A DNA stretch of 64,000 nt, taken from Lingula anatina (lineage: Eukaryota; Animalia; Brachiopoda). Both the position numbers and the translations under genes were made by a program. The notes under the pieces were generated by a model. That model saw only the letters and a program-made list of their open reading frames with translations, was not told the origin of the DNA and did not search any database. The DNA lies in the NCBI GenBank assembly GCA_051362555.1, contig CM120645.1:11160001-11224000 (forward strand). The letters are read 5' to 3'. Of this stretch, positions 51,550-64,000 are shown piece after piece (positions within the stretch are counted from its first letter, which is position 1; each line of letters begins with the position of its first letter).

Positions 51550-54500
51550 TAAGTGGGAGAAAGAGAAGGGGACTCGCTACTCATTTCGGTTCAGATAAGG
51601 TTTTGCTTTCAAACAGTTTTACCTATTTTTAATGCCAAATAACAATGCAGATAATATGTTGTAATCAAAGTTCCAATACTTATGTTGAGAGAAAGAGGAT
51701 GACAGATAACTGGTCAATAAGAGCATTTATTACAGCAGACTTGGGGCACATTCAGAACAGATAATCCAAGTACTAAATGGTCCGCCAACTAAATATGGTG
51801 GACCCCACTTCAAAAGAGATGCCACTTATTCCATGATGGTCTTCCCACCTCCGCATGTGCCGTTGCTGTAGTGACCTGGCATTTATACATTGGAGCAGAG
51901 ATTTAATTCATTTTAAGACACGTGTGGAGACGGACAGACTAGTGGGGAATCAGCGGCATCGCTTCTGAAGTGGGGTCTGCCATTTTTCTAGTTTCTATAG
52001 TTTGTTTTGTTTTGTTTTTTTTTTTTTTTTAATTTTTTTACTTATTTATTATTATTTTTTTTTTTTCTAAATTGATAATAAACCTAGGATGAACCTCACT
52101 GACAATCATTAGGATAATGAATATGTAAAAATTCCTGCAGGTTTGGAACATTTACATCTGCCAGAGAGGCTAGGAAAGAGCCTCAGAGACATTGCTTTCA
52201 AAGATGTCACCAAACATATATGTGACACTTGATTGTTCTTAACACCTTTGTCAATAGCTTAAGCAAATTTGGTGAGTTAACTTGCAATTCATATTTTATC
52301 TCATTTTATTGATGTGTTGATTAGCACAGTCCCATATAATAAACCACATAAAATGTACACTGATAAATGAATATAGTAATGAAATAAAGAACTCAAATAA
52401 GGTCAGACAATATATTTTAGGAAATATAACTACAAACTGCGGGCATGCTGAAATGCTCTCTATTTGTCAAATGGATAGTGCTGAACAGAAAATAGGTCTA
52501 AAAGGTAATTTGCGTGCAATAAAAAGACATATATGCAACTGAACATGGTTGTGATTGGAGGGTGTCTCACGTGGCCTTTCCATTAAGAAGGACACTGCAA
52601 CACTGAAACAGCACTGAGTGAAACAGCCTTGCTACTGGGAGGTCTCACTGCCTGATCAGACAAGGTAAGTTTTATCACTAAGCTGGCACAGTATTAAATC
52701 AGGCCTTAAAAACAGTTATGCTTTTGCTAACTGGAGCCTCAGATTTGTGACACAAATGCCCAAATTAAAAACTCTAGCCATAAATTCAGTACCCAAACGA
52801 AAAAGTAGAGGTTGAGAGAGGTGATACCGCCTCCTGGTATTGTACCACCAGCTGGAGTAAGTGCATTCGTATATAAAAGCAAACAAAGTGACACCACCTC
52901 CAGTGTTGTGTTTGACAAGCTCTACTAAATGCAGTAAACAAAAGTTTTCAATATTTTCATCGAAAATTACAATTTAAAACAAAATCATGGGGAAAAGTAA
53001 AAAATTTAAATCCAAATTTGTTAAGTGCGGTTCATGCTGAAAAGTAGGTCAAAGATCAATTTCAAGATCACAGTTAGATTGCCAGCATATGACTTCCTAT
53101 TCAAGTTCAACAGTAACTATGGGGATATTTCTGCTAATTTTGGAGATATCGCAGATAGAAATTTTGCAAGATTCAGCCCATGGTGACAAGTAGGTCTAAG
53201 GTCAATTTTAAGGTCAAAGTTGAATTATCAGTATATGACTTCCTATTCAAGTTCAATAGTAACAATGGACGAATCTCTGGGAGTTTTTTGAGGGAGTTAT
53301 TTCAGTTATTTGAAGGGCTGGTCACTGGGTCAGTTTAAAAAAAAATGGTGTTTTGGAGAACAAATAGTACCATTTGGTACGGTTTAGAACGATGGTTCAC
53401 CAAGTCAAATTTCTAGTTTCAAATGAGTAATAATAGTGTGCTTTATTTCAGAAATCGAAGGGGGGAGGAGGGTCAAAATCCCCCTGCTGCCCCTAAATTT
53501 GTCAATGTATACTAATGAAATACAGTTGGCTGGGTTAGCATTTAGCATTTTTTTTTTTTTTTTTTTTTGCTTGGCCAAATCACAATTTTTTTCATCAGTT
53601 TTTTTAATTTGACTTAAAAAAGCCATTTCAACCTTATTTTTGATTAGACACTTAATGTAAGTTTCAGCATTTGGCGAGTGTTAGCAAAACCCCAGGTTTG
53701 AATCAGAAAACCAGCCTGATTGGATCCCTTTTCTGGAAGTAATGCAGTTTTTCACATATTGGCATTTTCAATATGGGACTCAAAACTCCCACTCATATGA
53801 AGTCATATGGTAGTTAAACTTTCTAAATTTTTAAATTTCCATGCCAGGTTCAGCAGTGAATTAAAATTGCTGGTGATATTGCTTTTAACTATTATGCAAC
53901 ATTGCTTCAAAACTGACAAAGAAAAAAAAACTATTTTGTGCATTCTCACCACAAACACTATGAAAGGAAAACTTACTAGTATTTTTCAACTAACAAGAAT
54001 GATTTTTGGAATTGACATAAAGCTCAAATTAGAATACCAACTTGATGGGATCATTTTTCTTGAATTAATGCAATATTTTGTGAAATTTTAATTTTTCTCA
54101 TTCTGGCATTTTCATTGTGAACTCTTATGGGCCTGAAGCCTTATGCTAGTTTTGTATTCTTAATAACCATATTACCTCTTGTCAGCATAATAGTAATTTA
54201 AAACTGGCATTGACTTTTTTTTAAAATTTATGCCTGTACAATTGGCAGCTTTACTGCCCTGTTCCATTTTTTCAAGTAAGTTTCTTTTTAAATCAGGTTA
54301 CATAATACATTTCAGGATATATAACTTTAAACTGCAGTTCAAAAACAGGTCAAGCAATGCAAAGCAGAAAAAACCTTAATTTTCAGGGAAAATTTGATTT
54401 GGCATTTAATTCTAGATGGGACACCTTTAATAAGATTTGTGCAATATAAAATACTTCTGTAGTGAATGAGGAGTTTCTTTGTATCTGATCAACAGATACT

Positions 54501-54879
54501 TGTGAGAGCTCCTTTTTGTTTGCCACTGTTAACAATGGTGTGCACACTCCCTTCAGCATAGAAAATAACAGGGAACTTGCTTTAGCCAAGCATACCTGTA
54601 TGTAAAATAAAATTGCTTGATTATTGTTATCATTTAATCATCTAGTCAATAAAATGTATTTATTTTCATAATAAATACTAGTGAAAGTAAGGACTTCAGG
54701 TTTGTGAATCTTGGCTGGAAGCACTGATATGATATCCGGTCAAAGTCAGACCTCTGTGCCACATGTTGTGGACCCGATGGGGTGCAATCAACACCATCTC
54801 GGCCAAGTGATATCACTAGACTGCACCGTGGGGCAGTGTAGGAAATGGAACCAATCACACCTCTCAAGTGGATAATTTC

Positions 54880-55619
54880 TCATATATTTTTATAAATCAG
54901 TTCATATTTTGGCACGTCCCTGGGGTCCAAGGGGCTGGTCACCATCACTTTGCCCTTCATGGCCCCTCTGTATAATACCTCCACAACATCGATGAAGTCT
55001 TGCTTGGTCTTGAAGCTGCCGATGAACTTAGTGTGATCTGGTGTGCTGAAAATAACCATGAATGTTAAAGAAATGACGTATATGCATAAACCACATATAT
55101 TTTGAGACAAATTTGTTCATAAACCATAAATTCAAGTCCTTAAACAATCAATAAAAGTACACATTGTTACAATGTACGTGACATTGGTTAGACAACCAAG
55201 TCTTGGGTAATGCTAGCAATTATTAACGCTTAATCAAACCACTATTTTTTATCTCTTTTTCTCCAAATGGTTTAAATTTGACTACAGTCAAACCAACCCT
55301 ATTTTGTTTAGCAAATATAAGTCAGTTTAAGCAAACATATTGGCAAGTATAAGAGCTCCCCCAGCCAGTAAGATATTTCGCACATGTAACCCACTGTCTT
55401 TAGATAAAGTCAGTATATATTATGACATGATTAGATCCATTCAACCAAGTCAAATTCAGACACTCACCCCCAGTCCACCTTCATGTGCTGTCCATTGAAG
55501 AAGAAAATGGTGGCAGGTATCAGAGTGATGTCAAAGTACTGCACATACACCGGGACCTCGTTCACTGCCACACAGTAGATCACCGCCATCTTCCTCAGCT
55601 GCTCTGCAGTCTTTGCTAG
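54880..55619 (-). CDS. TXNL4B: TXNL4B copy 3 (best preserved): exons 55619-55468 and 55045-54880; first coding exon not seen, so possibly also a partial duplicate
   Basis: Encodes [51 protein letters not shown]|[54 protein letters not shown]. Canonical GT-AG intron; exons of 152 and 166 bp. Confidence 0.85.
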
Positions 55620-55828
55620 CTGCAAGACAGCAACTAGGTTACCATAGCATTTTATTTTATATTACTAACTTATTTGATGTGTTGAATAGGACAGTCCTAT
55701 ATATTATACAAGATAAAATGTACATTGATAAATGAAAATGGAAATGAAATAAAGAACTCAAATAAGGTTACATAATACATTTCAGGATATATAACTTTAA
55801 ACTGTGGGCTTGCTGAAATGCATTCTAT

Positions 55829-56043
55829 GACCCCATTTCCAGAGATTAACTCGATCTACTTTAGATCGACCTAACTCCCTGGGGGTTCACGCTAAATAGC
55901 TGTCAGCCAGGCGGACATGAAAGTTAATTACCCCCTTACAGCTTGTAGTAGGCGGGACTGACATTTAAGCCGGATTATCTGACAGTAATCTAGAGAGACT
56001 CCTCGCGGGGATAGATCGATCTAAAAGCTCTGGGAATACAGCC
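55829..56043. mobile_element. ~225-bp MITE family, copy 4 (inverted)
   Basis: Same family. Empty paralogous sites lie near 23640 and 52460. Confidence 0.75.
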
Positions 56044-57524
56044 CATTTGTCAAATGGATAGCGTAAGCTTAATGCTGAACAGAAAAAATAGGTCTAAAAT
56101 CTGCCAAGGTAAATTGCGATCAATAAATAGAAATATATGCAAATGAACATGGTTGTGATTGGATGGTTCCTCACGTGGCCCCTGCATTAAGAGGGACACT
56201 GCGACATTGAAGCAGCATCGAGTGAAACAGCCTTGCTACTGGGAGATCAGACGAGGTAAATTTTATCACTACACTCCCACAGTGTTAAATCAGGCCTTAA
56301 ATACAGTTATGCTTTTGCTAACTCGAGCCTCAGATTTGTGAGCACAAATGTCCAAATTAACAACTCCAGAATCAAATTCAGTACCCCAACTTAAAATTTG
56401 TTGCAACAAAACATGGCGTTAGATTACACAAACCGTTTATCTACTTATTAACCAGTTTGGTACACTCCATATGAGCAGAAGGTGGACGAAATGCATTGGT
56501 GCCGTATTAATACATCTCGTGATTAATAAGCACTCGTAGGGGGGTACATATACAGCCAGAAAGTGGATGGAAGTGGAAGTTTTTGTGCAATCAAATGCAA
56601 ATTTTAATCTAAGGCTCTTTTTAGTGTATGGCCATTATTGTTTATGAGGCCAGTAAGTAAAACTTGTTTTCCACTTGGAGGTCTTAGTCATTAATTTTGG
56701 CATTCATGCTCCCAAATCTGAGGCTCGCAAAAGCAAATAGCAATTATCACTTATGAGGGCTGTAAAATATAACTAAAATTAAATGCCCATAAGCTGCACT
56801 TTACAGTAAAGACGATCCTTTCAACTGCTATAGAGATTCCAGTGTTTGACGGTAAAAACTTGAAAAGAGGATATTTGCCAACGTTATTTTTTCATTTTGA
56901 AAATTTTGTCGAACTTGAAAATGGGCCACTCGATAATTTTGAAAAGTTCATCACCTAATATGGCCGCGTTTTCCAGCTCGGACATAAAGGTAAGCTGATT
57001 CAAGACAGATCAAATTCGACAGGTCATTAATTTTGCTTGTTTGTGAACTTGGACCATTTATTCATAAATGAGAAGTCCAATGTATTCGAGGAAAATCATC
57101 AGCAGGAGATCATTACCGATTATTTTAAACTTCTCCCCCTTTAAATTTTTTAAATATATATTTTCATTTTATCTTTAACCCGCACCCCCACACGGCACTT
57201 GGAAAGTTAGACTCCCTGGAATTTTTTTAGTAAGTTACAGTTGGTAATCAGGGGCGGATCCAGAGATATTTTCTGAAAGTCTTCCAGATTAAGTTTGTTG
57301 ATCCATCCTCCTGTTTTTACCATCTTCCAACAGAAAATAATTAGATACTTGTCAATGTTAACTTGAAAATCTGACCGTCTTCCGGAAGAACCAGAAGATG
57401 GTCTAATTACTAGTATGCCCCTGGTAATTGTAGTGACACCCAATCTGGGGAAAACCCTGCATGCAACAAATGTTACTATTTATGTGCATAATGCTAAATG
57501 TGCCATGTTCAATTTATTATGTGT

Positions 57525-57820
57525 CATCATCATCATCATCATTTAGAGCCTATAGTGTTCCACTGTTGGACAAAGGCCTCAGCATGCTTTTTCCATTGTT
57601 TCCTATCCTGAGCCTCAGGTTTCCAGTTTGGCCAAGGTTTCTTCTTCCAAGACTTCCAGTAGTCATCTAATTCATCCCTCCATCGTTTGACCGGCCTTCC
57701 TCTTTTTCTTTGTCCATACCTTGGGGTCCATTCTGTAAGCCTGATTGTCCACCTATTGTCCTTCATTCTTTTGACATGTCCTGCCCACCTCCATTTCATT
57801 TCTTTAACTGTGAGCAGTAC
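57525..57820 (-). mobile_element. 3' end of an RTE/RTE-X LINE
   Basis: Encodes KWRWAGHVKRMKDNRWT..WTP..RKRGRP..RWRDEL..AQDRKQWK, followed by a (GAT)n tail. 9-bp TSD ATTATGTGT. Confidence 0.9.
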
Positions 57821-60121
57821 ATTATGTGTGGCTGTATGTAATAGTATGTTATAAGCTTTTGCATGGAAAAGATTGAAACCACTCCGTCCTGTTACAACTG
57901 TTGACAACTTATATTTGACTGACAATAATAATAATAATAATAAAAAAACATTATACTATCAAGGTCAATTCTCAGCTCCAATCAAGACCTCTTCCAATCT
58001 TTATACCCAATATGTGAATAAGCTACATCAGAATCTAACTGGTTACTTGTGCCCAGCTTAACCAGACATGCTCTATAAAGATGAAACACTGCAGCAGATA
58101 TCCACAGCCAGCATATGAAAAAACAACAGCATTTTGGGGGTGAAAACTGTAAAACTGACTTTGCATAAAGCATCCCTCACCTGAAATGCTTTTTAAGGCC
58201 TATTTCATCACAACTCCAAGTCTTCGTGATTTGTACTGTGCATAGACAATGAAGAAACATAGCATCAACCAGTAAAAACACAAGAAAAGAAAACAAAACA
58301 AAATTAAAAAACAAGCACCTTTCATTAAGTCTGATTTTTACTGCAATAATATTAGCCTTATATTAACTGCTGTACCAAAAGTTGATGTAATGAAATTGAT
58401 GAAGAGCTTTTAGTCCAGCTACCAGTATGTGCCAATAGATTAGAAAGAGCAAAATGAAATGGGAAGGGGTGTGCCACTTAATTGGTTATGCCCTCATCCT
58501 GATTCAATTATCTTAGTGCAGTTTCACTTATTCCTCATGCAAAATTATAGATACAGGTAAAATGCTGTATTCAAAATTTTCAACATGATCTAGGATTTCT
58601 TGAAGGGGGGGTGGCATTTTGTTTAAAGGAATGAGAGGCCTTGGCCCCTTTGGCATGGGGTTCGATGCAGTTTTGTACAGTTTAGAACTATGATTCTGCT
58701 TGTCAATAAATGATGTGGTGCTATATCAAGAAAGCTACACTACAGTAACTGAATCAATTCAAGTTTGGTTGCTTTTACTGGCAAGCCCGCCTAAAACTTT
58801 CCTAGTTAGATGACTTTTATTTTCATTTTGCTTTACAATGCGATTACATTTGGCTTCACGTGGGATATTATAGAGCATGATGAGACCTTCGGGGGTTAAG
58901 TTTTGAGTAGTCTTTGCCATGTCAAATGTGGAGTGTAGAGTTGCCCTGGATACTGTATGACAGTCTTGATAAGCAGGGGCCCAAGAGGGGGGGGCATAAA
59001 AAAACAATGTTTGATTGAGTAAAGCCATAGTGGCGATGTGACTTTCAAAAAAAAAAAAAAAAAAATTCTTGCAGATTATCTCACTGAGAAGATACCACTT
59101 TTTGATGAAAGAACATGCAGGGGGCCATGCTGGGTTACCTATTGATTCAAATCAAGTTTGATCTGTGACCTAGCTGGTAAAGGATAGAGATCCCCACCTA
59201 CTGGTAAGTATCATTTTAAGGACTTTTAAGTGAAGAGAAAGGGAATATTATTTGGTACATTACAGTTTAGAACTATGATTCACCTAGTCAAATTTCTGAT
59301 TTTAAAAGGGGAATATTAGTGTGATTAATTTCAGAAACCAAAGGAGGGTTAGGACCCCCCTCCCCCCGGTACTGAAATACAGTTGGATGTGTTAGCAATA
59401 GCAATTTATTTTGCTTGGCCAAATCACTACTTTTTCAACATTTTTTTCCTCCAAATGGTATAAATTTGACTGAAACAAATCATTTCAGCCTTATCTTTGT
59501 TTAGCTATTTAAAGTTATTTTCAGCCTTTGGTGATTATTTGAATCAGAAAACCAGCTTGATTGGATTCCTTTTCTTGACGCAATGCAGTTTTTCACATAT
59601 TGGCATTTTCAATGTGGGACTCAAACTCCCACTCCCACAAAGTCATAAGGTAGTTAAATATTCCGAATGTCCAGGTACAGCAGTGAAATAAAAATTGGTG
59701 GTGATATTGCTATTAATCATTATGCAATATTGCTTCAAAACTGATACAGAAAAAAAAAAAAAACATTTTGTGCACTTTCACCACAAACACTATGAAAGAA
59801 AAATTGTTCCTTATTTTTCAACCTACAAGAATGATTTAGGATTTACACAAAGCTCATTTTAGAAAACCAGCTTGATAGGATCATTTTTCTTGAATTAATG
59901 CAATATTTTCATTTTTCTCATTCTAGCATTTTCATTGTGAACTCTTATATGGGCCTGAAACCTAATGCTAGTTTATAACCATATTACCTCTTGTGTATAT
60001 TTTGGCATTGATTTTCCTGTTAAGCATAATGTAAAAATTGACAAATTAACTTATTTTATCCATCACTTTTTTGCATTTATGTCTGTACATTTGACAGCTT
60101 TGCTGCCTTGTTCCACTTTAA

Positions 60122-63100
60122 AGGATGTCTTTCCGCTGTAGACGCTTAAATAGGCCTTTCTCTGAAACTTTGCCTATTTGATCCTGAACCCCAAAGCATA
60201 TCTCACACGAAACCGTTGAGAAAATAAAGGTCGAGGTATAGGTTTTTAAGATCACTTAAAGAAAAAAAAGCGCAGCATTTTTTTTTCGTCTAAACTTCTC
60301 GCCATTACTCCCCTACGCATGGAATTCTGGGACTTGCCTCAATTTGCATATGACTGAATACTACTGTTTACTACGCTCTGGAGAAGACCCGGATGTCACT
60401 GCAAACCAAGATGGAGGGTAGTCCGAGTACACGTGAGTTGAAAGAGAGAAGAATAACTCTACGGGACAATGAAAAAGGAAATAAAACGGGAAATGCAGAA
60501 GCAGAGGATGTTATTTTCATTGGCAGGCCGGTGAGGTAGACAAAGCAGAAGTAGGAAATAAAACTGACAAGCGAGAAACTGACAAAATTCTGCCGGATAC
60601 GGGTAGGTTATTTCGATCTCTTATCACGTCCGACTCTTTCATTGAGAACATATTCAGGAACCGTCTTCTGGTTCTTCCGGAAGACGGTTAGATTTTCAAG
60701 TTTTCATTGGCGGGTATATGTAATATTTCTGTCGAAAGGCGGTCAAAAATGGAGGATGGATCAACATTACTCGGAAGACTGTCAGAATAGACCTATATCT
60801 CTGGATCCGCCCCTGTTATCCCTGCTGTACGCAGAAAAGTTTATTATTCTTTAGAGCAGTCAGTACAAACAAGGATTGAGCTAGAGAAAAAAAAACAACC
60901 TTTCACTATTTACCTTATTCGAATTTAATTTAAATTAAAAGATTTAAAGCGAGCACATTAATTGCAGCATCTGATGGTAGTCAATGTTTATTCTCTGTTT
61001 ATGTTTTTAAAGTTGACTTCATGGGGAATCTCTGGAGAATGAGGATAATACACTGGTATATATATTTTTTTATCCAGGTAATATGCATGTGGTAACATCT
61101 ACCCCTACATCAGGTTCAAGGCCAACATAGAGCCAGAGCCAAAGTAAGTACCTGACACCCAGAATCCAAACACACAATAGCTGTTTATTTTACCATGTTC
61201 AGTACACCTTGCCATCAATATCAATCTAATGCATGTTAGTACTTGGAACAAAGCCATTTTATTATAAAGTTTAACACTGCCATGGCAGCTAGTCCTAGAA
61301 TTGTGACAAGCACAGGATATCAGTACTTATTGTGGGGAACATTATATAATAAATTGGATTTTGAAACAAATAATTTTGATAACCATGCTCTATTCAGTGC
61401 TGTTATGTCTGGCGTAGACATTACAGATAGTGGGTGCTATTAATTTCACAAAAAAATGCATTGAAGTCTTTCCAATAGTCAATGTTTTGTTTTTAGGTAT
61501 ACTAAGCAGCAAAGCAAGCACTCAAAATCATGGATGACAGTAAGACTTCAAGCTGTTACATAAACAATTAGCACAAATAAAGGTACATTCCAGTCTTACA
61601 AACCAGGAATTTGACATGGGAATTACAAGTACACATTTCTAAGCAGCCATGGTGCAGATGGAACCAAGAGACTCAAGGCACCGTGGTCCTTATATGTATA
61701 TAAGAATTTTTTTATCAAAATGATGATTACCTCACATAAACTGTTCTTTTATAAATCCATCCAGACATACATTATTTCCTTGTATGACATTAACTTTTAA
61801 AATGATTAATTTTATGAACAGATTGTGTACAGAGTTGCATTTTACTTTTGATATGAGAAAGGGATAAATGAAAGCACCTTGTTTTTCTATGCCTTTATTT
61901 TTTATGTTCGCTGAATGGTTGCACAAATTACAGTAGAATCCTTCTACTCAGTGACTTGCATATTACAGGTCTTATGAATGTTTGGTCAGTAAACTGATAC
62001 TCGTGGTAATAGTTATTCTGTGATTTTCTTCAAAGTGAAGTAATCCAGCAAATTCAACGGCAGTCAAAATGTAGGGGACATTACAGTGAGTGGGAGATGG
62101 GCCAGTCCCATCTCCACTGATGCTGAGTCATTGCTTGGTAAATTCTCTAGCAAAAGCATCTTTATATCCAGTGCAAGGCCAGGATTTCCATCACACTTGT
62201 CACAATGTATTCAGCACTTTCCTTGGCAACACCATCATTTTCTTGGCAACACCATCATGTATGCTCTGGTAATGATAAAAAATATATTCACTTTTATATC
62301 TGTCATTTCTGTTTTGATATGTACAATAGCTTACTTCAAAAATAAAATATTTGAAAATGTATGAACACTAAAACAACCAAAAGGACTGGATTTCACACCA
62401 CCAAATTTTATCGAATAAATTTACTTTGAAAATAAGAAGGAATATGAATGGTGTTTGTGTATTGTGAGAAACTTAGAATTTATCTTTTCAATAAAGATTT
62501 AATGAGTTTTATACCTCTTCTGTGAGTTACTGAATTCTCTTTTCATGTTCTTGAGTCAATCCTCCTGATCTCACACCTCTTCCAAGCCTTGTACTACTGG
62601 ACCTAGAAGTGCTATGTATCACTGCCAACTCTACTAAACCTTTATACAGGGCTTTTTTTCTAATGAGGCTGACATCACAAGATAGTATGCTGTAAAATAA
62701 TAATAAAACTAATAATAATAATAATTGGCACTGATTCAATTGCATGCTAGTAATAATATTGTGAACTGTTCAAAATGGGTTTCACTTCAATTAATCATTG
62801 TCCTGCACTCAAGCGTATCAATTGTTATCCCTAAACTATAAGATTTTTGTATGTGTGGATTATTACATGTGAATATAGGTGAGGGTAAGGTGGGTCCTAC
62901 ACATTACTATCAAAACTAAGGAATATGCCAGATTAACTAAAAGGCCTGTATTATTTAAAAATAACAGAAAACTCTTTACCTCAGGGAGCTCTTTACCCTC
63001 TAGTTCTGGACTGCTCTGACTGCTTGCCTCATCAACAATAGGCCTACTCTCGATCTGAAAAGTATAAAAACAGATCGACTAGAAAAGCAAGATAAGATAC

Positions 63101-63868
63101 GTGTGTGCGTAGCACAAAATTCAGGCACTCCTATTGACGATTTTGACATCTGCATGATGCTCACCACTACTGCCAGTAAGTATCAAAATCGTCTGGAACG
63201 CATTTGTAGTCCGTGCTACGCTGTGCGTGCAAATCGCGATGTCAAAATTGCGGCTCAGAAAGCATAGCAAACAACAAAAAAAGTAACAGTCGTTCATAAA
63301 TATCCAACCGAAAAGGGCTGGTTCAGTTGACCCGAAAAATATCACTGTCTCTAATCATGTCGCCGGTATATTTCCTGGTACAAGTTACTCATTCGGTGAA
63401 TCGGCATTGAGAATTACGGCATCAAGCACTGTTGACATAATAAGCTACACTCCGTCGTAAATATTTCCAAGCCATTCGTTGATTTTTGGACTATTTTAAC
63501 CGACGAGAAGTTAAATGAATTCTTTAAATGTTTAAGTGCACAAACCTGTTCACGAACAATGAAGGGAGAGAGTTTTAACTAACGTGCATCTGTAAACGAC
63601 TTACTTCGAACTCCACCGCGCCATATTTGTTTCTCCTAGTGTACGAGTGCTATTTTAGGCAACGCACTCTGATTGGCTAAAACCTTGCGGTGGTCGTCTT
63701 CTCTTTTTTGGGGAGAGGACGTTCTCCAATACAGACTCGAATGTGAAATAATTGATTATTTTGATTGCCGTCTACCTCAAAGGCGAATTTTGGTTTAGAT
63801 CGTGACCTTCATATATAAGAAAAAGTTTGGGATATGTTTTATTTTCCCTCATATCGGAAAGACCCCCT
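60122..63868. mobile_element. Kolobok-like DNA transposon (decayed)
   Basis: TTAA|AGGATGTCTTTCCG ... CGGAAAGACCCCCT|TTAA: an imperfect 14-bp TIR with a TTAA TSD. The flanks rejoin into the paralog of 25740-25890. A decayed + strand exon at 60411-60601 is reminiscent of Kolobok transposase N-termini (recalled, not searched). Confidence 0.75.
62085..63624 (-). pseudogene. Decayed four-exon gene inside the Kolobok-like element (exons 63624-63605, 63054-62980, 62689-62515, 62265-62085)
   Basis: Phase-compatible GT-AG exons give MARWSSK|SRVGLLLMRQAVRAVQN*RVKSSLS|ILSCDVSLIRKK...EKRIQ*LTEE|SIHDGVAK... There are two in-frame stops and a 20-bp duplication. A CCAAT box lies near 63672. Confidence 0.6.
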
Positions 63869-63987
63869 TTAAGTATTTTGTGGTGTTTTATTACTGCTGA
63901 AGAAATTGAAACAAACTGTTCATATTTTGTTTCATTCATAGCATTATAAGCTACAAAGACAAAATTGGTAAAATCAACCAATCAGTG

Positions 63988-64000
63988 ATGGGATTGTTGC
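63988..64000 (+). CDS. Start of the signal-peptide exon of another EGF-gene paralog (truncated by the window end)
   Basis: 63890-64000 aligns by eye with 25795-25890, including the acceptor and ATGGGATTGTTGC. Confidence 0.75.

Noticed and set aside
50626-51632. Cluster of 66-140 aa overlapping ORFs
   Set aside because: They lie almost entirely within a GC-rich TIR element and contain no recognisable motifs.
51790-51995. ~33-bp inverted repeats enclosing a captured intron fragment
   Set aside because: They look like the ends of two opposite-orientation HINE-like repeats, and there is no TSD.
60321-60350. ZNF143/SPH-like motif next to an octamer ATTTGCAT, suggesting an snRNA enhancer
   Set aside because: No snRNA sequence is recognisable nearby. 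It is more simply the promoter region of the transposon gene.
57249-60815. Inverted pair of ~155-bp CAGGGGCGGATCCAG repeats as the ends of one composite transposon
   Set aside because: There is no shared TSD, and the second copy is nested in the Kolobok-like element, so they are probably independent fragments.
62085-63624. Host mitochondrial protein such as HEMK1 (Arg-rich N-terminus; AKESAEYIV resembles ARESSEYIV)
   Set aside because: The similarity is limited to about 9 residues, the flanks do not match, and the gene lies inside a TIR element.
55468-63624. Chimeric gene joining the passenger-gene exons in phase 0 to TXNL4B copy 3
   Set aside because: The phases are compatible, but the upstream exons contain in-frame stops and nothing else supports the join.

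Overview
AT-rich, intron-containing animal DNA, probably from a marine invertebrate (taxon not determinable from the sequence alone). It is dense in microsatellites, MITEs and decayed transposons, and most ORF-track entries are spurious. Genes were assembled by reading splice sites and exon phases. (1) The first coding exon of a CLCA-family gene (- strand, ~11.0-11.2 kb). (2) A 4-exon single-pass membrane protein with a short N-terminal segment and a Tyr-rich disordered tail (+, 17.8-20.5 kb). (3) Three partial duplicates of TXNL4B/Dim2 (-), each with only the last two coding exons. (4) A secreted EGF-repeat gene (+, 25.9-49.4 kb): a signal exon, three canonical EGF exons and seven atypical EGF-like exons, each with a Cys-bounded 13-15 aa hypervariable insert. 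A second signal exon starts at the window end. (5) A 3.7-kb Kolobok-like element (TTAA TSD) carrying a decayed multi-exon passenger gene. The region from 20.7 to 64 kb is a mosaic of local segmental duplications whose paralogous empty sites reveal many TE insertions. The most notable signal is the variable-loop EGF exon array.
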